From positions 1-64,000 of the forward strand of contig NOWV01000143.1 in NCBI GenBank assembly GCA_003344405.1: a stretch of 64,000 nt of DNA. The letters are read 5' to 3'. Shown in pieces: positions 27,736 through 43,300 of this stretch. Below the pieces are notes generated by a model. It saw only the letters and a list, made by a program, of their open reading frames with translations. It was not told the DNA's origin and did no database searches. A program made the position numbers and the translations under genes. Every line of letters begins with the position of its first letter. Position 1 is the first letter of the stretch. This DNA is from Trichoplax sp. H2 (lineage: Eukaryota).

Positions 27736-30700
27736 AACAGTTCATAACCTGAGTAAAAATGTGCATTTGATGAAATTTGTGCGTTATAAGTTTTAGACGC
27801 GTAAGGATACACCTAAGTAATGTATCCGAAGAAGGCATTTGTAGCGGTTTTACTATTTCTGGGAATATCGTTAAGTTTTAGCCTCTACGTATGGCTATAT
27901 TTACTGAAAAATTTTTTAGCAATTTGTGGATCATTATCACAATGTGTAACATTCATCATTATTAAGAGCTAAGGAAGCAAACTCCCCTGTACATACAATA
28001 CAATTTAACGAGAATCTAACAAGAAAAACTATAATTAATGCTTATTCGTTGATGTCGTAATACTGCTGAGAATGTAGGATTACTGCAAGTTGCTCATGTA
28101 ACTTTCTACAGTGAAATGTTATAGTACAGTACACCCAAAAATTATTCTAGCTAAAACCTAACTTCAATATTCCCATCCAATTTGTGATGATATCTTTATA
28201 TCGATTTAATCATCCTAATGATTTAGAGACAATTTCTCCTTTTGGTCCATCATTTGACATACCATTGGATTATTAAAATAAAATTATCATTTTCCGTTGT
28301 AAATCTTGCATTCTCAGTTTTGAGGTGATAAGGAAGTCCCACTTATGAGTATATACTGTACTCGTATACATGCTACGACAGCAAGGATATTGCATCCTTT
28401 CCATATCCAATGTCAAGTCTTTATTGTGATATTACTACAACACAAATAATCCTTAAATTAGTTTGACTAATTTTATCTTATGATGACATGAAATTCCACA
28501 CTATCGTAGTAAGTATTACAGCTATTTCTAATAGTGAAATACCAGATTATCATACGGTATAGGACCAACGACTGTAAGCGATAATTTTGCACATTGTACA
28601 TCAGATAAATTAGTTATATTATATTTTCTGGAATCACATCACAACCTAATTTACAATATTCTACAGCAACTTATAAAACTATTGATTACTTTGTACTTAA
28701 GAACCAGTTAATAAAATGACAAAATTATAGCATAACAGTACCTTACTTACGCGTAAAATCTTGAAAAGGTATACTGTATTAAAGAATATCGTGGCATTAA
28801 TTTCATAAATCATTAATATTTCCATATACCTCTCTTGATTATTTCAATAGATATTCCATTATACAAATTATCCGTGGTACTGAAATACCGGATTTGATCA
28901 AGTTCATTCTCAATTACTTTAATACGTCTTGTAAATCTACAGCACAGTGTAACAAATTTAATATCTGGTGGATTTTAAGAAAAAGTGATAGACAGTGACT
29001 GATTTTAAGAAATATGAGTACGTATACAATATCCTGTATACTATTTATTATGTCATATAGTCTATTTCTTACTTGTCTTAAGGCATAAAATCAAACTTTC
29101 TTTTTAATATCACTCATTATCGTCAATAGAAAATCTAACTATATTGTTCTCATCTTATTCAACTTGCGTATGTTCGTATTCATAATTCAGCTTAAAATGT
29201 ATACCGTTCACTTCTGAAATAAATAGAAAAATCGCTCACTATCAACGTGATATTGGCTTATGATTATACCTGTTAAAATACCGCCCATATACAAAGTACA
29301 ATATTAAGGCAGAATTGGGCGTACAGTACCATGAACCATTGGTTGAAAAAGATGTTGTGCGATTCTTTGAGATTGTGGATACTTGCAATCTCTTCCATTT
29401 TTGATGATCAAAGAAACATTTACTTATGAAATAAAATATAATAAGTAATAAACGAAATTAATTTATTTCAGCTAATATTTAAAGCGTTTGAACTACTGTA
29501 TGTGTTTTCGAGAATATCATGTACGAATAAAACAAATTTATGTAGTCTTCCTTTGAAAAATGAAGTCAATCAACTTAAACAAATTGGGTTCATCGACATC
29601 TCACGGGCACATTCAAGCCACAAATTGAAGCTGTTTCGTAAATTAATGTAATTCTCATATTTTCTAATTATAAACAACTGCTTGTTTAATTAAGCCAATA
29701 ATGATATTATGCACAGTCAGTAACTATCATAACATCAAATCAAAATATACTCGTTAAAAGGAATTAGCTATAACACCATTGAATTTATTGTCAATGATCG
29801 AGTTAGTAACGTAGCTAAAAGCTTGCAAATTGTGGCTTTACGCACATCTTGTACCGCATTAGTGAAAAGGCAAAATTAGATATTATATAGCTGTAACGCG
29901 AGTTCATTATAGTTATTATCGAAGATTTTAAACTACCATACGTGCGATCAACCCTAATTTTGTATACGAGTGCATAAAATTGACTTTTATAGATCGATCG
30001 AGGAGATTCGATAGCATATCTACTCTAGGTGATGATATTCCGTAGATTTGTTTTTATCTATATTGCTTTACACACTAGAGTCACCATATTATTATTTATT
30101 TATACACTTCGCCTATTTTAATGTAGTGTATGCGCGTATACGTACACGCATACACTACAGTTTTAGGAAATATTACTTAATTAATGGATCATCGCTAACA
30201 TTGATTTCTAAAGCAGAGCTCAACGTTAATAATAGCCTAGACAGCAAATAACCATATCCAAGAAATAGTCACACTACCGTCTTTTTCGATTAATGGCTAT
30301 ACTGTACTTTACGCGCACATCTTGCTTTTGTACGCAGCCGACGGACCGCCATTAAGTAATATTATTATTTTATATTGACAAAGTAGAATACTGTACAAAG
30401 TACGTCAAAGTAAAATTGATCCTAATTATTCTGCAGATAATTACAGTGCAGTCACAGCATTTGAGGTAAAAATCAATCAATAAAGATAATGCGATCGATG
30501 GCGTTCCATGGACCAAATTTTCGCATTGATCATTAATTACGACATGGGAAACTAATGAAGAGTAATGACGATGACGATGATATCCACTCCAATATTCTAT
30601 TTCACGTAGACAATGATACGATTGCTTAGACGATTTTACTCGTAATATGTTAAGTGGTACTAAGTCGCGTGAAGCAAGGATGTTTTTCATTGACCCTTCT

Positions 30701-31623
30701 TATAATTAGTAATAAAACTAATCGCAGTGATTATTTCGCCGGCTTCTCTCAAAACACGAAATCTTCGTAATGCTGGAATACGGTCAAATTGATTTCGTAT
30801 TTTAGTGTTGAGTGTTGAATTTGAAATTTTATCACAGCATGAGCTACTGATAACGAACAATGCATTAAACGGCCATTTTGCTTCCACTTACAGAACAGTA
30901 CTGTGCTTAGACTACAGTAGACGTATAGTACACAGGTACTCTTATACTCAACAGAACTGTATTCAAACGGCACTAAAGTAAAAATGAAAATTGTTTACAG
31001 TAATTATTTTTTTAGTCTACGGGCTACGGCTTATTTCACTTTTAATTTAAAGTAAGCGATGCCTGCCCTGGCTAACTACACCGCACGTATTTGAATATAA
31101 TCTTTCCAGTGAGTGACTAGCCTACCTCTAACATAAAGGAAGGCTCCCGAATTCACTTTAATACTTCCTTTCTGTGTTTTACTTGCAATTTAATTACGGT
31201 AGATTATCGTACTGGAAAGGAAATTAGCGGCCATTGAATAGACTTAACCGTTGAATTTTTAAATTAGATTATAATATCTCGTATGTTTAATGCCATCGGT
31301 ATTCATATAAACGGCACTCGCTTATAATAATATTGCATTGACTGTATTAATTTTCTAGTTTCAATTTCGCCAGAATATTATTAGCCGTTTTGGATGTTAT
31401 TATCTATCGAAGGGCAACCTGCCGCAACAAACTTTCTTCTACTCATACGATCAGGTTAATAGTGACGCAAAACAAAACTGTTGTCCCAAATGTCTGGATT
31501 TAAATTAGTTTTATTAATCATAGTTATTAGAAGTACAAGTAGCTGATCTCACACATCTCACTGTGCGTTGCTGTTAGTAGCTATAGGCTGACAAATAATA
31601 TAAAATAAACGATAGCCACAACT

Positions 31624-32953
<1,330 letters not shown>

Positions 32954-33780
32954 TTAAGCAATGCGAAAATGCAACAAAAGCCGAAAGGAAAAAACGGATC
33001 AACTTCAACAGTCAAAATAATTATATACAGTACTACCAGCAGATAATTCTTGACTTTTTCGATGGACAATGCACGAAAGCGGATTGGCCAATAACAACAG
33101 TGTTGTAAGCCGGTAAGACACTTGGCCGTAGGGCAATAATAATAATAATAATACGCGATAGTGTTGATACGTTGCTTTCAATACTTGGACGATTAGACCA
33201 TACAATAATCTTCTTTTGATTCAAGTGTGTTGTAGGATTGTATCAGGGTAAGGACATCGTCTACTACTATCGAAAATAATTGGTTTCCATAGCATAAATA
33301 ATGTTTGACTATTTGTACATGTTAGTTTCTATTTGACTGATTACTACTGAGAATGATCGACTTCCAGTTAATCTATCCATATCATAATAAACAAAGGAAA
33401 TAATGATATCATTGTCCGTATTTTCAAGGGAGCTATTGAAGGATGTTATCCAATTGTAGATTGTCTATTCAGCTTTTTTAGGGCAGTATTGTCTTTTTGG
33501 TCGGTATTGTTTCAATATTGGCGAATTGTCTCCAACCTATTATCTTAACTTAATTTGATCGTAATGAAGTGATTTGAGTGATTTTATTGCCTGCGGCTGT
33601 ATAACGTTAGCCTGAGTCTACAATGCCATAGTAAATGGCATTACCCGCGTTACTTGATCTGTTATAGTTGTGAGAACATGTCGAAAACCATCCTTGATCT
33701 ACAGAACGAATGCTTGATGCCATCGAAAGTGAATATGCTCGTTAGATGAACAAGTCTGTATAATTAGGCTCTTGCGAATA

Positions 33781-33862
33781 GAGCAATAGGATCAACAGTA
33801 ATATCCGACTCCTACTGTTTAGAGCCATGGGATCAACAGTAGTATCCAATTCCTACACTTTT
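33781..33862. repeat. Two-copy 41-bp tandem repeat
   Basis: gagcaataggatcaacagtaatatccgactcctac / gagccatgggatcaacagtagtatccaattcctac. Confidence 0.7.
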
Positions 33863-35240
33863 ATAGATGGACTTGCAGTTAAGATTGCAGCAAAACAGTG
33901 GGTAATGTGCCATTCGATACAGCTGTTACTGTTGCTGATATCTTTTCTGTGGCAACAGTAGGTAGAAAAGTGACTACTGTACTTGACTTTGGATAACCAA
34001 TTATTCATTGACTTTCCGTTACAAATTATGTTATAATTAATTGAATGAATGCGAAGCAGTACCTCTGATATCCCTATGCGTATTTATGTATTAAAAATCG
34101 CGTAGCGTCAATTTATGCTCTCATAGTATGAACGGTGCCAAAATACCATAAAAGCCTATTAAAATTGCAGAAGTCAAAATATGACTTTGATAGGTCTATC
34201 AAATGGTAATACTATCTGTTAAATGAGCACATTATCGTCAACCGTCAGCAAAGCAACGGGAGTTTGCACCAGTTATACCGAAAGTAGTCAAATCATACTC
34301 AGAATTGAACACACTGCGCATCACCGACGGCTCAAGTCTACCACAAAATGATCTTATAAGGCACGCGTGCATATACATATTTCAATATAAACTTATCATT
34401 GAGAACTTTTTCCTGGGAACATGAAACTTTAGTTAGAATACGAGACTTATTTTATCAACTCTAGGCAGGATATATGATATATGCACAATTAAAAAAAATT
34501 TTACTTGGGATAGATGTATGTATTACCGGCAATGTATATATGCATACACGTACATCTCAACTGATATACCTATGACGGCTAATGAATCGATAATTAATGA
34601 TACATATCATCGACTTTCCTTCATGAAATGCTCGACTTTTTAATCAAGTGTATATCATTGCAATAATACAATACATAAAAACAAAGCGGTAGCTGTGGAT
34701 AGTTCGATTCAGCAAACGGTTTGCTCTGTTATTAGCTCTCTTCACTCTGGCCTCTTTTCGAATATGCTATCGATAGACACGTATTGTTACTTATTAGTGA
34801 ACATACCAACAGTACATGTAGACTTCAGCCTTTATTGAAGGATAGCAGACTAAATGAAAAATAGCCAAGGTTAAGAATGGACTTGCAGGAGAGAAATTCC
34901 CCTATAGAAGCCCTAAATTGACCCCAGATGACTTAATTTTTTATACTGTACGAAATAGTTAGAGACGGAGACTGCCAAATGCAACTATGCACCAGCTATG
35001 CGGTAGTCAGCGCTATGGTATTATTAATTAAATGTGATTATAATTGGTACAAATAATGCACAAGCTATATAGAACTAAAAATTTATTATATAAATTAAAT
35101 TAACAAATGATTCTACTAGTATAAGTTTACGAGCACAATATAGAGGATACGATATCATCTAAGGTCAGTTCTAATGAAGTGTTGAGCTAACATTATCCCG
35201 TTCCTATCAAAAATATGCAGGTATTTACATTCTTACACAT

Positions 35241-35272
35241 GATGAACTGCAATCAGCCGATTGCAGTTCATC
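35241..35272. repeat. Perfect 14-bp hairpin with 4-nt loop
   Basis: gatgaactgcaatc-agcc-gattgcagttcatc. Confidence 0.9.
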
Positions 35273-35358
35273 TCATCGATTAGCATTATTGCTGATGGAT
35301 CCCTGGAAATTTCGATCGATTCTTGGCTTACTGTTTAACGTACTATAAACTCAAATTT

Positions 35359-36200
35359 GCTGATTTTGATTACTCTAGATATCCTGTGATAAAAAATTAA
35401 ATATTTTCCTGAAATGATTTTGATGTTTAACTTTATATGCTTATATAGGTTATGCTCTGCTCTGGGAAGCGAAAATTTCCCCTAACAATAACTACGAATG
35501 CTAAAGTCAATGAATGACATTGACTATCTGATGGTTTATCATCAGATGATAAAGTAAAAGATGCCAATGAAATCAATTTGAAGCAATACTACTTGTTATA
35601 TTAGCATCAGAGTAGCCAATCTTTAATAGTGAGATCTACAGTAGACTCTACATGTTAAAAATATTTGCCTAGATCTTTATGCAGAGTAAGATACGGTACA
35701 ATAAAGAGCATGGAGTAACGCTTCTTATGGGATACAGTTTAGAATTATAGCAACTGTATTTGATTATTTCATCTGCTACAGCACTTTTGCACCATGTTTT
35801 GAATTACTACGTTGTGAAAAAGTATTTATATGTCTACGCGTATGCAATACGTGCATCTCTATTTTAGTTGCGTTTAAGAATTCCTATTTAATGGACAAGA
35901 AATAGCTTGTGATTGCTAGAATGGAGAAGTGACTTCTGCTCATAGTGATTATTCTTAATGATCATTATCGTGCCTATTTCCTACACAGGATTTTGTAGTT
36001 TGTAATTGTCTATAATGAACTATCGTTTTATAATAAGACAGAAAGACTGTGGTATTATTATTAAAGATAGGGCATCTCGTTATCTAACTTGATTGAAAGC
36101 TAAAGAGCATATTCCCTATGCATTCGTCTGCAGTTGCTCAATTCTTTTAATTTGTGCATAATTTCAAAATGAGTAGGTTAATCTTTTATGCTGTATTAAC
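35359..36200 (+). pseudogene. GPN2 3' fragment: exon 4 end, U12 intron, last exon with premature stop, 3' flank
   Basis: gctgattttgattactctag|atatcctg vs gccgattttgactactttaa|atatcctt; tac|gaatgctaaagtcaa shared; colinear similarity continues along the flank. Confidence 0.85.
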
Positions 36201-36398
36201 AGTTTATTCAGCAGCCATTTGCTACTTCATTTTACCGGTTTGTGAAGGATATATGGATCCAAATTGCTTAAAAATCGGTAAATTTTGCAATATTTTTAAA
36301 TTCATGATTGAGCTTACTTGGTTTAAATTATTTCATAAAAATGACACCATCTCTTATATAAATGTAGCAATGATATAAAATATTGAAATCATAATTTC

Positions 36399-38216
36399 TT
36401 ATGTTGACATTAAAAAGTCTTTTAGACTTGGTGAGGACTGCGGAGTACTTGCAGCTGAAGCTTTTAACATCGATGTCAGTAATGAATGACGGATCATAGA
36501 TCGCTTCTTTGCACTTTTTGAAATGCTATAACGACATAAATTCAAAGACATATTGAGCATAAGTATGTATAAGATGAAATTTTGATCAATAAAAGCATCA
36601 ATACATAAAGATATAATTCCGATATATCTCAAAAATGCCGTGTATAAGGGAATTGTTCATAGCTATTTTTATTATTCCTAATTTACAACTAAATATCCAT
36701 ACCTGTAGAACTGCAGTTGTTTATATTTACTATTGCAACTTACACTTATATTAGATAATGCAATATTTAATGAATGATTGTCATGGCTTAAAATACGTAT
36801 ACTATCTGATAAGTACATCACATTCACTAACACAAAATCGTGAATGGGTATGCTGACCTAGAGACAGCTATAGTTGAATTTCTATTATGACTTGAAGTTG
36901 GAGTTTTCAGTTCGTTGGCAGAACTTGAATAATCTAATGGAGGAATATTGAATAGTTTTGAGAATTAAATGATAAATGAACATAATCTAATACAAGCCAG
37001 TTTGTGATAGATTTTCATGAAGGTATCTTTGTAAAAGTAATGTTACAGCAAGGGGTTACAATAATTCTGATGTTCTCTATTAAAATCTTTTTGCAATTAT
37101 TTCTTATACTCGTATACAGGTACACAGGCAGTAGACCCAACTATTTCAATAATGGGTAGTCAAAATACAGTTTTATTTCATTACGTATATCTGCAGTAGC
37201 AGCAATGCTATCCATACAAACCTTGGTTTTGGCTAAGGCTACGAGTACCGCTGTTGATATAATGCTGACGGTAGGAAATATTATTGCAAGTTGTACATTT
37301 GACTTTCTATAATACGTAAAAGTCATAGTCTATGTAAGAGCTACGCTAGCTAATACTTATTTATTTTTATCTCAATCGATGATCATACAGTAATATCAAT
37401 TCAATCATCCTTACGATATACACGTAATTTTTTGTTTTTTCATCAGTTGTAATGCTGTTGCATATTGATAATTTGTTTGCTTTCTTCTGTTGTAATTTTT
37501 TCATTTTTTTCTTTGAGATGATACGCAAGTTTCCAGTTGCGGGTATATACATGCAATGGCAGCAGGGGCATAACATGCTTTCCATATCAGGTGTCAAATC
37601 TTCATTCGTTGCCATTATAACACGAATATGCGTGTATATACGAGTACAGTAGTATAAAATTGTTGCATATATCAGTACTAAAGTTAATCTAGAATCTTAG
37701 TAATATTACAGCGCCACTATAAGGTAGCCTTCAGCAATTTTCTACCAATATACTGTACAGTAGTAACGCTATAGTTTGTATAGTACCAAGGACTTTCAAA
37801 ATGATTCAGCTACTGTACCATGTACATTGGCACCACATCTGCAGAAGTAGAGACTTACCTATTCCAAACTGTGAGGCAAGTTGCTTTATACGATAGCTAA
37901 AAAATTGACAATAATGACAGAATTAAAGACCATTATGATAGTATCATTATAACTTGATCATTTTTCCATTCTGACGTCTATCTTCATCTACTCTACTGTA
38001 CGCCTAGGCCGGCAAACACCTACTCAGTTTACGTATATTGCAACGTCTCACTGATCAGGTATGTGGACGGTTCCAGTTCTTTCAACGATAGCATGGCTAT
38101 CATTTTACTTACATATAGAATCCCGATAATTGTGTGCTGTGTCGGAGAGAAGCATGAGAGCAATTCCATAGAAAAGCTAATCTTTGCATACAGTCATTTC
38201 GATCGTTCCTATCCAT
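36399..38216 (-). CDS. Rpr2/RPP21/Snm1-family zinc-ribbon protein, likely the RNase MRP RMP24 (C18orf21)/Snm1 type; exons ~38216-38113, 37896-37859, 37599-37415, 37306-37222, ~36932-36858, ~36730-36703, ~36526-36399
   Basis: 'QRLAFLWNCSH...LSGFY', CPCC and CTTC zinc pairs, basic insert, S/T-rich tail ending 'SLKDFLMST*'; splice phases consistent. Confidence 0.8.
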
Positions 38217-38299
38217 CTTTTTGCTGTATTTCTGCAACAAATTCAGCTCCTGAATGTGCTTTCCGCCATTTGGTCGTGTTGGTGTTCGAAAGTCCCCGC

Positions 38300-38415
38300 G
38301 CACTGTACACTGAACAGTACTGACTGAGTACAGTACAGTATGCAGTACAGTACAATATACTGCAAAGTATACTGTACTATACACTGTACACTGTACAGGA
38401 CGCTAGTGTACAGTA
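38300..38415. repeat. TACAGT/ACTGTA array in the 370-bp divergent interval between the RMP24-like gene and PGAP2-like A
   Basis: gtacagtacagtatgcagtacagtacaatatactgc...actgtacactgtac. Confidence 0.85.
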
Positions 38416-38585
38416 CACTCACTCACTCAAGAGTGTTGATCGAAAGTTCAATCTTAGCGACATTTTCCTTCTCCTGCAGCACAAATCAGATCTTTGCCGG
38501 GATATATTCATTATTAGAACGTGGCTGAAAGCTACTTCTAACTGCACTGTCTTCAAATTTTTCCACAGTTTTCATCCATCGAATT

Positions 38586-40333
38586 ATGGGACATGAGATA
38601 ACTGCTATCTTTAAAGGTTAAGCGCCGCTTGCAATGTGATCAATGCTGCATCTACTCGTATTTTTATTGTACTACTTTAGCTAGGAGATTCAACTTGCAG
38701 TAGTGGAAATGAATGATCCAATTCCATTTTATAACATTTTACTTCATTATGTGGCGTTGACCACAATGTCGTTGCCGGTTTTATCCCTGGTGGTCTGTTT
38801 AATGATGGCAATGGCCCTTAATTATGACGCTGCCGTTTCAACACATTGCAATGTATGTATCCTGTTAGATGATGCTTAAGCTCGTAAGTAGTCTATTACA
38901 CTGTACAGTACAGTACGTATACGCGTAGATGATGTTGTTTAAATACGGAAATTGCTCGTAAATTGCAAATTACTACCGTAGTTTGATAGGATAAAATACT
39001 TAAATATAGGAGTAGTCGTCCAAAATATAATAGAACGGTTAGTAGACTGCTGATCATCCATATCGCAGCTAGGCTAAATGTCTCCTCGATAGCAGAATAA
39101 GCATTTTCCCTTTTGCACGCAGTAGTGGTAAAGTCAAAGCACACACGTACGCAGTATTATCCTCCATTTCCATCAAGATGATATTAATAGTCAGATATAT
39201 CGATTTTTTTTCGATTGTATTTCGTAGGTATATAATATATTACCCACCGTTAGTGCAAGTATCAACTATCCGCCGCAAAAATACATCTGGCGATTTTGTA
39301 TTGGTTTACATTCTTGGCCTAGATATTTTTTTACTTTTTTATACAATTCTTATTTTACAAAATATCGACCCTATTTACCTAGAAATCATCCCATTTTTTA
39401 CGCAATTATTGTAAAACTCACTTGGTATTGTACAATAATTGAAATCACAGCCTTAATGATATTAACATGCATTGGATCAACGGAATACTACCGTAAGTAA
39501 AACCTTTAAGTTGACATTATTTAATTGTTATGAATTTTCTAGAGTTGCTTTAATTAATTATATTATAAATGAAACAGTTGATCTAAGTGTAGAGTGTGTG
39601 GATGCAAACTTTATAATTAGTATAATGCTCTTTCATATCCTCCATACGGATCGTATCAATCACATGCTTTAACATATATATAACAGCATATACTATTGCA
39701 GTAAATTTACTAAGTATATACGATTGAGCTTTGCTTGCTTTATCCGAATACTTAGCCGCCCATATGAATGCTACCATAGCCTTCTTGTCATGCTCATTAT
39801 TGGGGATGATAATGACGTACCTGATCTTTAGATGGCCTAGGGATAGTGTTACTTTGCCAGCGAAGGTATACGCGTAATAATGACTGTTCTCGAAAGCTAT
39901 TATTGTCTAATACGTTCATTTCAAGTTTGGTGATCGAAGGTATAGGAAAAGTCTTCCGACATTAATTCTTGATCGCTTTCTTTTCCTGTAGTGGTTCATA
40001 TCAACAAGACGTAAGCTATATTTATTAACGAATTTTGGCTTCTTCTTCGCGTGTTCTATCTACCTATATGAAAGGCATAACAAATATTGCGAACCTATGA
40101 GTATCCTTCATATCAAATAGAATGCACAAGAAGCTAATTTGCTAGACTGACATCAATTTTATGAAATTGTTCATGTTATAGCCTTGACAGTATCATCAGT
40201 TTATAGCTATTTCGCTTTTTGCGAATATGTATTAATCTTGACCAATATAGCGTTTCATGCTACGATATTTATCGATTTAGAAGGTCTGTCATTAATGGTT
40301 ACGAAATTACCCGGTCGTGGGGGAATTGTATGA
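38586..40333 (+). CDS. PGAP2: PGAP2-like (Frag1/DRAM/Sfk1 family) membrane protein A; exons 38586-38616, 38701-38852, 39228-39492, 39756-39865, 39992-40100, 40200-40333; missed by the ORF track
   Basis: 'STHCN|VYNILPTVSASI..PQKYIWRFCIGLHSWPR', 'RHNKYCEP', 'YSYFAFCEY..ILTNIAFH'. Confidence 0.88.
40101..40199 (+). other. U12-type GT-AG intron of PGAP2-like A
   Basis: Donor GTATCCTT; branch CCTTGAC at 40182-40188; no polypyrimidine tract. Confidence 0.85.
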
Positions 40334-43300
40334 ATTGAATATCAACCTTCTTGGCTGTTGCAAGCTGTTTATATTATGATCATCAAGACCTCTATCAACG
40401 TATTTCGTACCTTTGATACAGCATAGTTTATAATGATAGAAGATTAGTATTTCGTCATATAAAATTATGCAAGAAATTAACTGAAGTTTTTATTATTAAT
40501 CATCCTATCATTTCAGCGTCTTCTATGCTCTTTCACTTTGAATGCATGAATTTTGAACTCTACATGATTAGTATTGTAATGTGCTCTTTTCAATCTAAGG
40601 TGTGGGCTAACATATGTGCACTCAGTAACAATATCGAATTTGATGAATTTTATTATCATTATCTGTATATATAACAAGGAATAATAAACGGTACATAGGA
40701 TACAAACATTACCCTTAATCGCTACGAAATATATGAATAAAATCGTCGAATAGTCGTACAAATTGGCGATACCATCAATTAATACGACGTAATTCATTTT
40801 ATTTATAGATTCTAAAAATTTTCCTGCAGTGTAATATAGCTCAGCAATAACACTTCTTTAGCTACTCCAGCGGTTATGTAGTCCCATAAAGTGTTTGAAT
40901 TTTGTTGATATATGAAGTAATCAATTATTCTTTCATTGATCAAATCTTAAAAATGTAGTTGCATCTGTTCGCAATAAATAGCGCCCATAAACTGTAAAAG
41001 CATTAAATTTACATTAGTAAAGTACATTCTATAAGGTGAAACTTTAGAATCGATAACTTTCACGAGAGAAATTAGTCAAGTGCGTATAACATGCTAGACG
41101 ACGCTAGCAAAGTGACAAATGCTGCCAAAATTCTTCAGTAGTCTAAGAGTTGCTCGGGGTAGATAAATTAATCACAGATTTTCGTGTCTATTTGATATAC
41201 GATATACATAATCACTGCCACCTTTGCAAGAAATTTTCCTCCAAATTCAAATAGTAAAGATTTAATTTTGTAGGGTTAGTCTTGGAGTAACGAGATAATT
41301 AGTAGGATTGTTCTCGATAGGTATATAGGATTATGATTGATTAATAAAAAGTAGTTTTATATTGTTACTCATGCACAGTTATCAGTGTAATGATTTCCAT
41401 GAATGCAACCATCTATTCAAATAAAATAGCATTGGCAAATACAAAAAGTGAAGATACAGTGACATTATGCTATACATTTTGTTATTTATTACATTTTATA
41501 TAAGATTTATAAAGTGTGCAATTAATTAGCTAGCATCTGCATTATGATTTATTTATCTATTTCTTCAATTATTGTACGTAAATCACAGTACCATACTCGT
41601 AGTAGCATAGAGATCAGTCAGTATCTTAAATTGCCACTTTATTTGATTGATACATAAATTTTGCCGCAGTTTTCGAGTAGTGATTCAGAATCATTTTTCT
41701 TATTACTTTATGACATAAGACTGCCTATCTAATCCATTTTCTGTACTGTAGCTAATTAATGTTATAATTGTAATTAATCACTCTTTATTAATGATGTAAC
41801 AGTATGTTATTTTATCGTAATATCGCAACATTCCTTAGTCTATTATTTTGTGACTAATTAAATCACCATATATCATGAGTTATTATTGCGTAAAAGATTG
41901 TAAAAATAGATGAAAGTCAATAAAAACATGTAAAAAAAATATAGATACAGTGCAGCAACACAGGGAGTGATTTGAAATCGTGAAGAGTACAGTATAACAA
42001 TAGTGTATTCAAAGGGCATAGCCTTAGTATTTTGGTTAAGGCCGGTTAAGACTGATTGATTTTAGGAAATAGTAGTAAATAGTGCTTGACTTCAATTAAT
42101 TATTAGGTGTATTATACATCGTTATTATATTCGTTTAGAATCAGTTCTTAGCTCTCGCTTAGACTCAAATCAAGTTTTTGAAGATTTTCTGTAGTACGCA
42201 CATACTTCGCGTGCTTGCTATTCTAAAAAAAAATGAATAATCGTTTTGTCTTTATTTAGCATATATCCGCGTGGCGTAACTGAATTAATAAAAGTTGAGT
42301 AGCTTCTGAAGTATGTGGAACAGAAAAAAAATAGTTCGGTGTCAATGTTATAGTAGCAAGGATCATTCCGGATAGGCATATTGACCGCATACGAGTGTAT
42401 AAAGTAGTATGCTTGAACCAGCTGCAGAAAAAGTATAGTGGTTCAAGCCATGGTTTATGCGCAGTATAGTACAGCATATTAAAATAGAGTAGAGTTGGTT
42501 CACTCATGGACTACTAGGAGAAGCCGTACTGCTGGAAAAAGTCCGATCTTCTTCAGGTAGTCCGTTGTACAGATGAGATATTCACAGAATACTAATAGCT
42601 AGCCGTAGATATCTACATGATCCTTCTCAGTCTGTGCAAACTTGATGAATGAAAATAAGATTTATATTTAATCACAGTTAATTTTTCCGATACGTGCGAA
42701 ATTGAAACTTTCAATGTAAGCAAATCAACGCTACGTTCGTATGACGTACAGCATAGGCGGAATTGCTAATTCTACGTCTTCGATAACACCTTATTACATG
42801 ATATAAATTTGCAGATAGTTTATTCGATCGAATACGAAATATAATTCAGGAGTGTCAATTTCACGTATTTCAGCCGCGTTACAAACTTGATATACGATAA
42901 TCCATTCAAAGATATTAAACCTGATTTCCTCCTACTGGTGTATTTCCGATTTATTGCAATTTTAACATTTACTGTGTAAAAGTTTCATTTCCTGCTTAAA
43001 ATGAATTGACACATTTATAATTATATTTTCAAATTACTAACTACGCCAGTTTATAAAATAACATTAGATTACGACATTAACACACATATGAACGATCAAC
43101 AAGCTCAGTTTATTTTAATGACGAAAATTTTATTTCTCAAAGATGGACTCTGTAAATTTGTTTATTTGTCCGTGATTTTACGGGAAATAGTTAAAACGCC
43201 ATAATCGGTTATGGATTAGAAAGAATGAATTTGCAGCGTTGATAACTTTGTATGTTCTTAGTAGAAGAGACGCCAACTAAATGCATCCCAAATTTAATCA

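Noticed and set aside
36154-36378. 74-aa ORF with signal-peptide-like start
   Set aside because: Lies in duplicated GPN2/RMP24 3' flank; the frame is not kept in the paralogous copy near 27450
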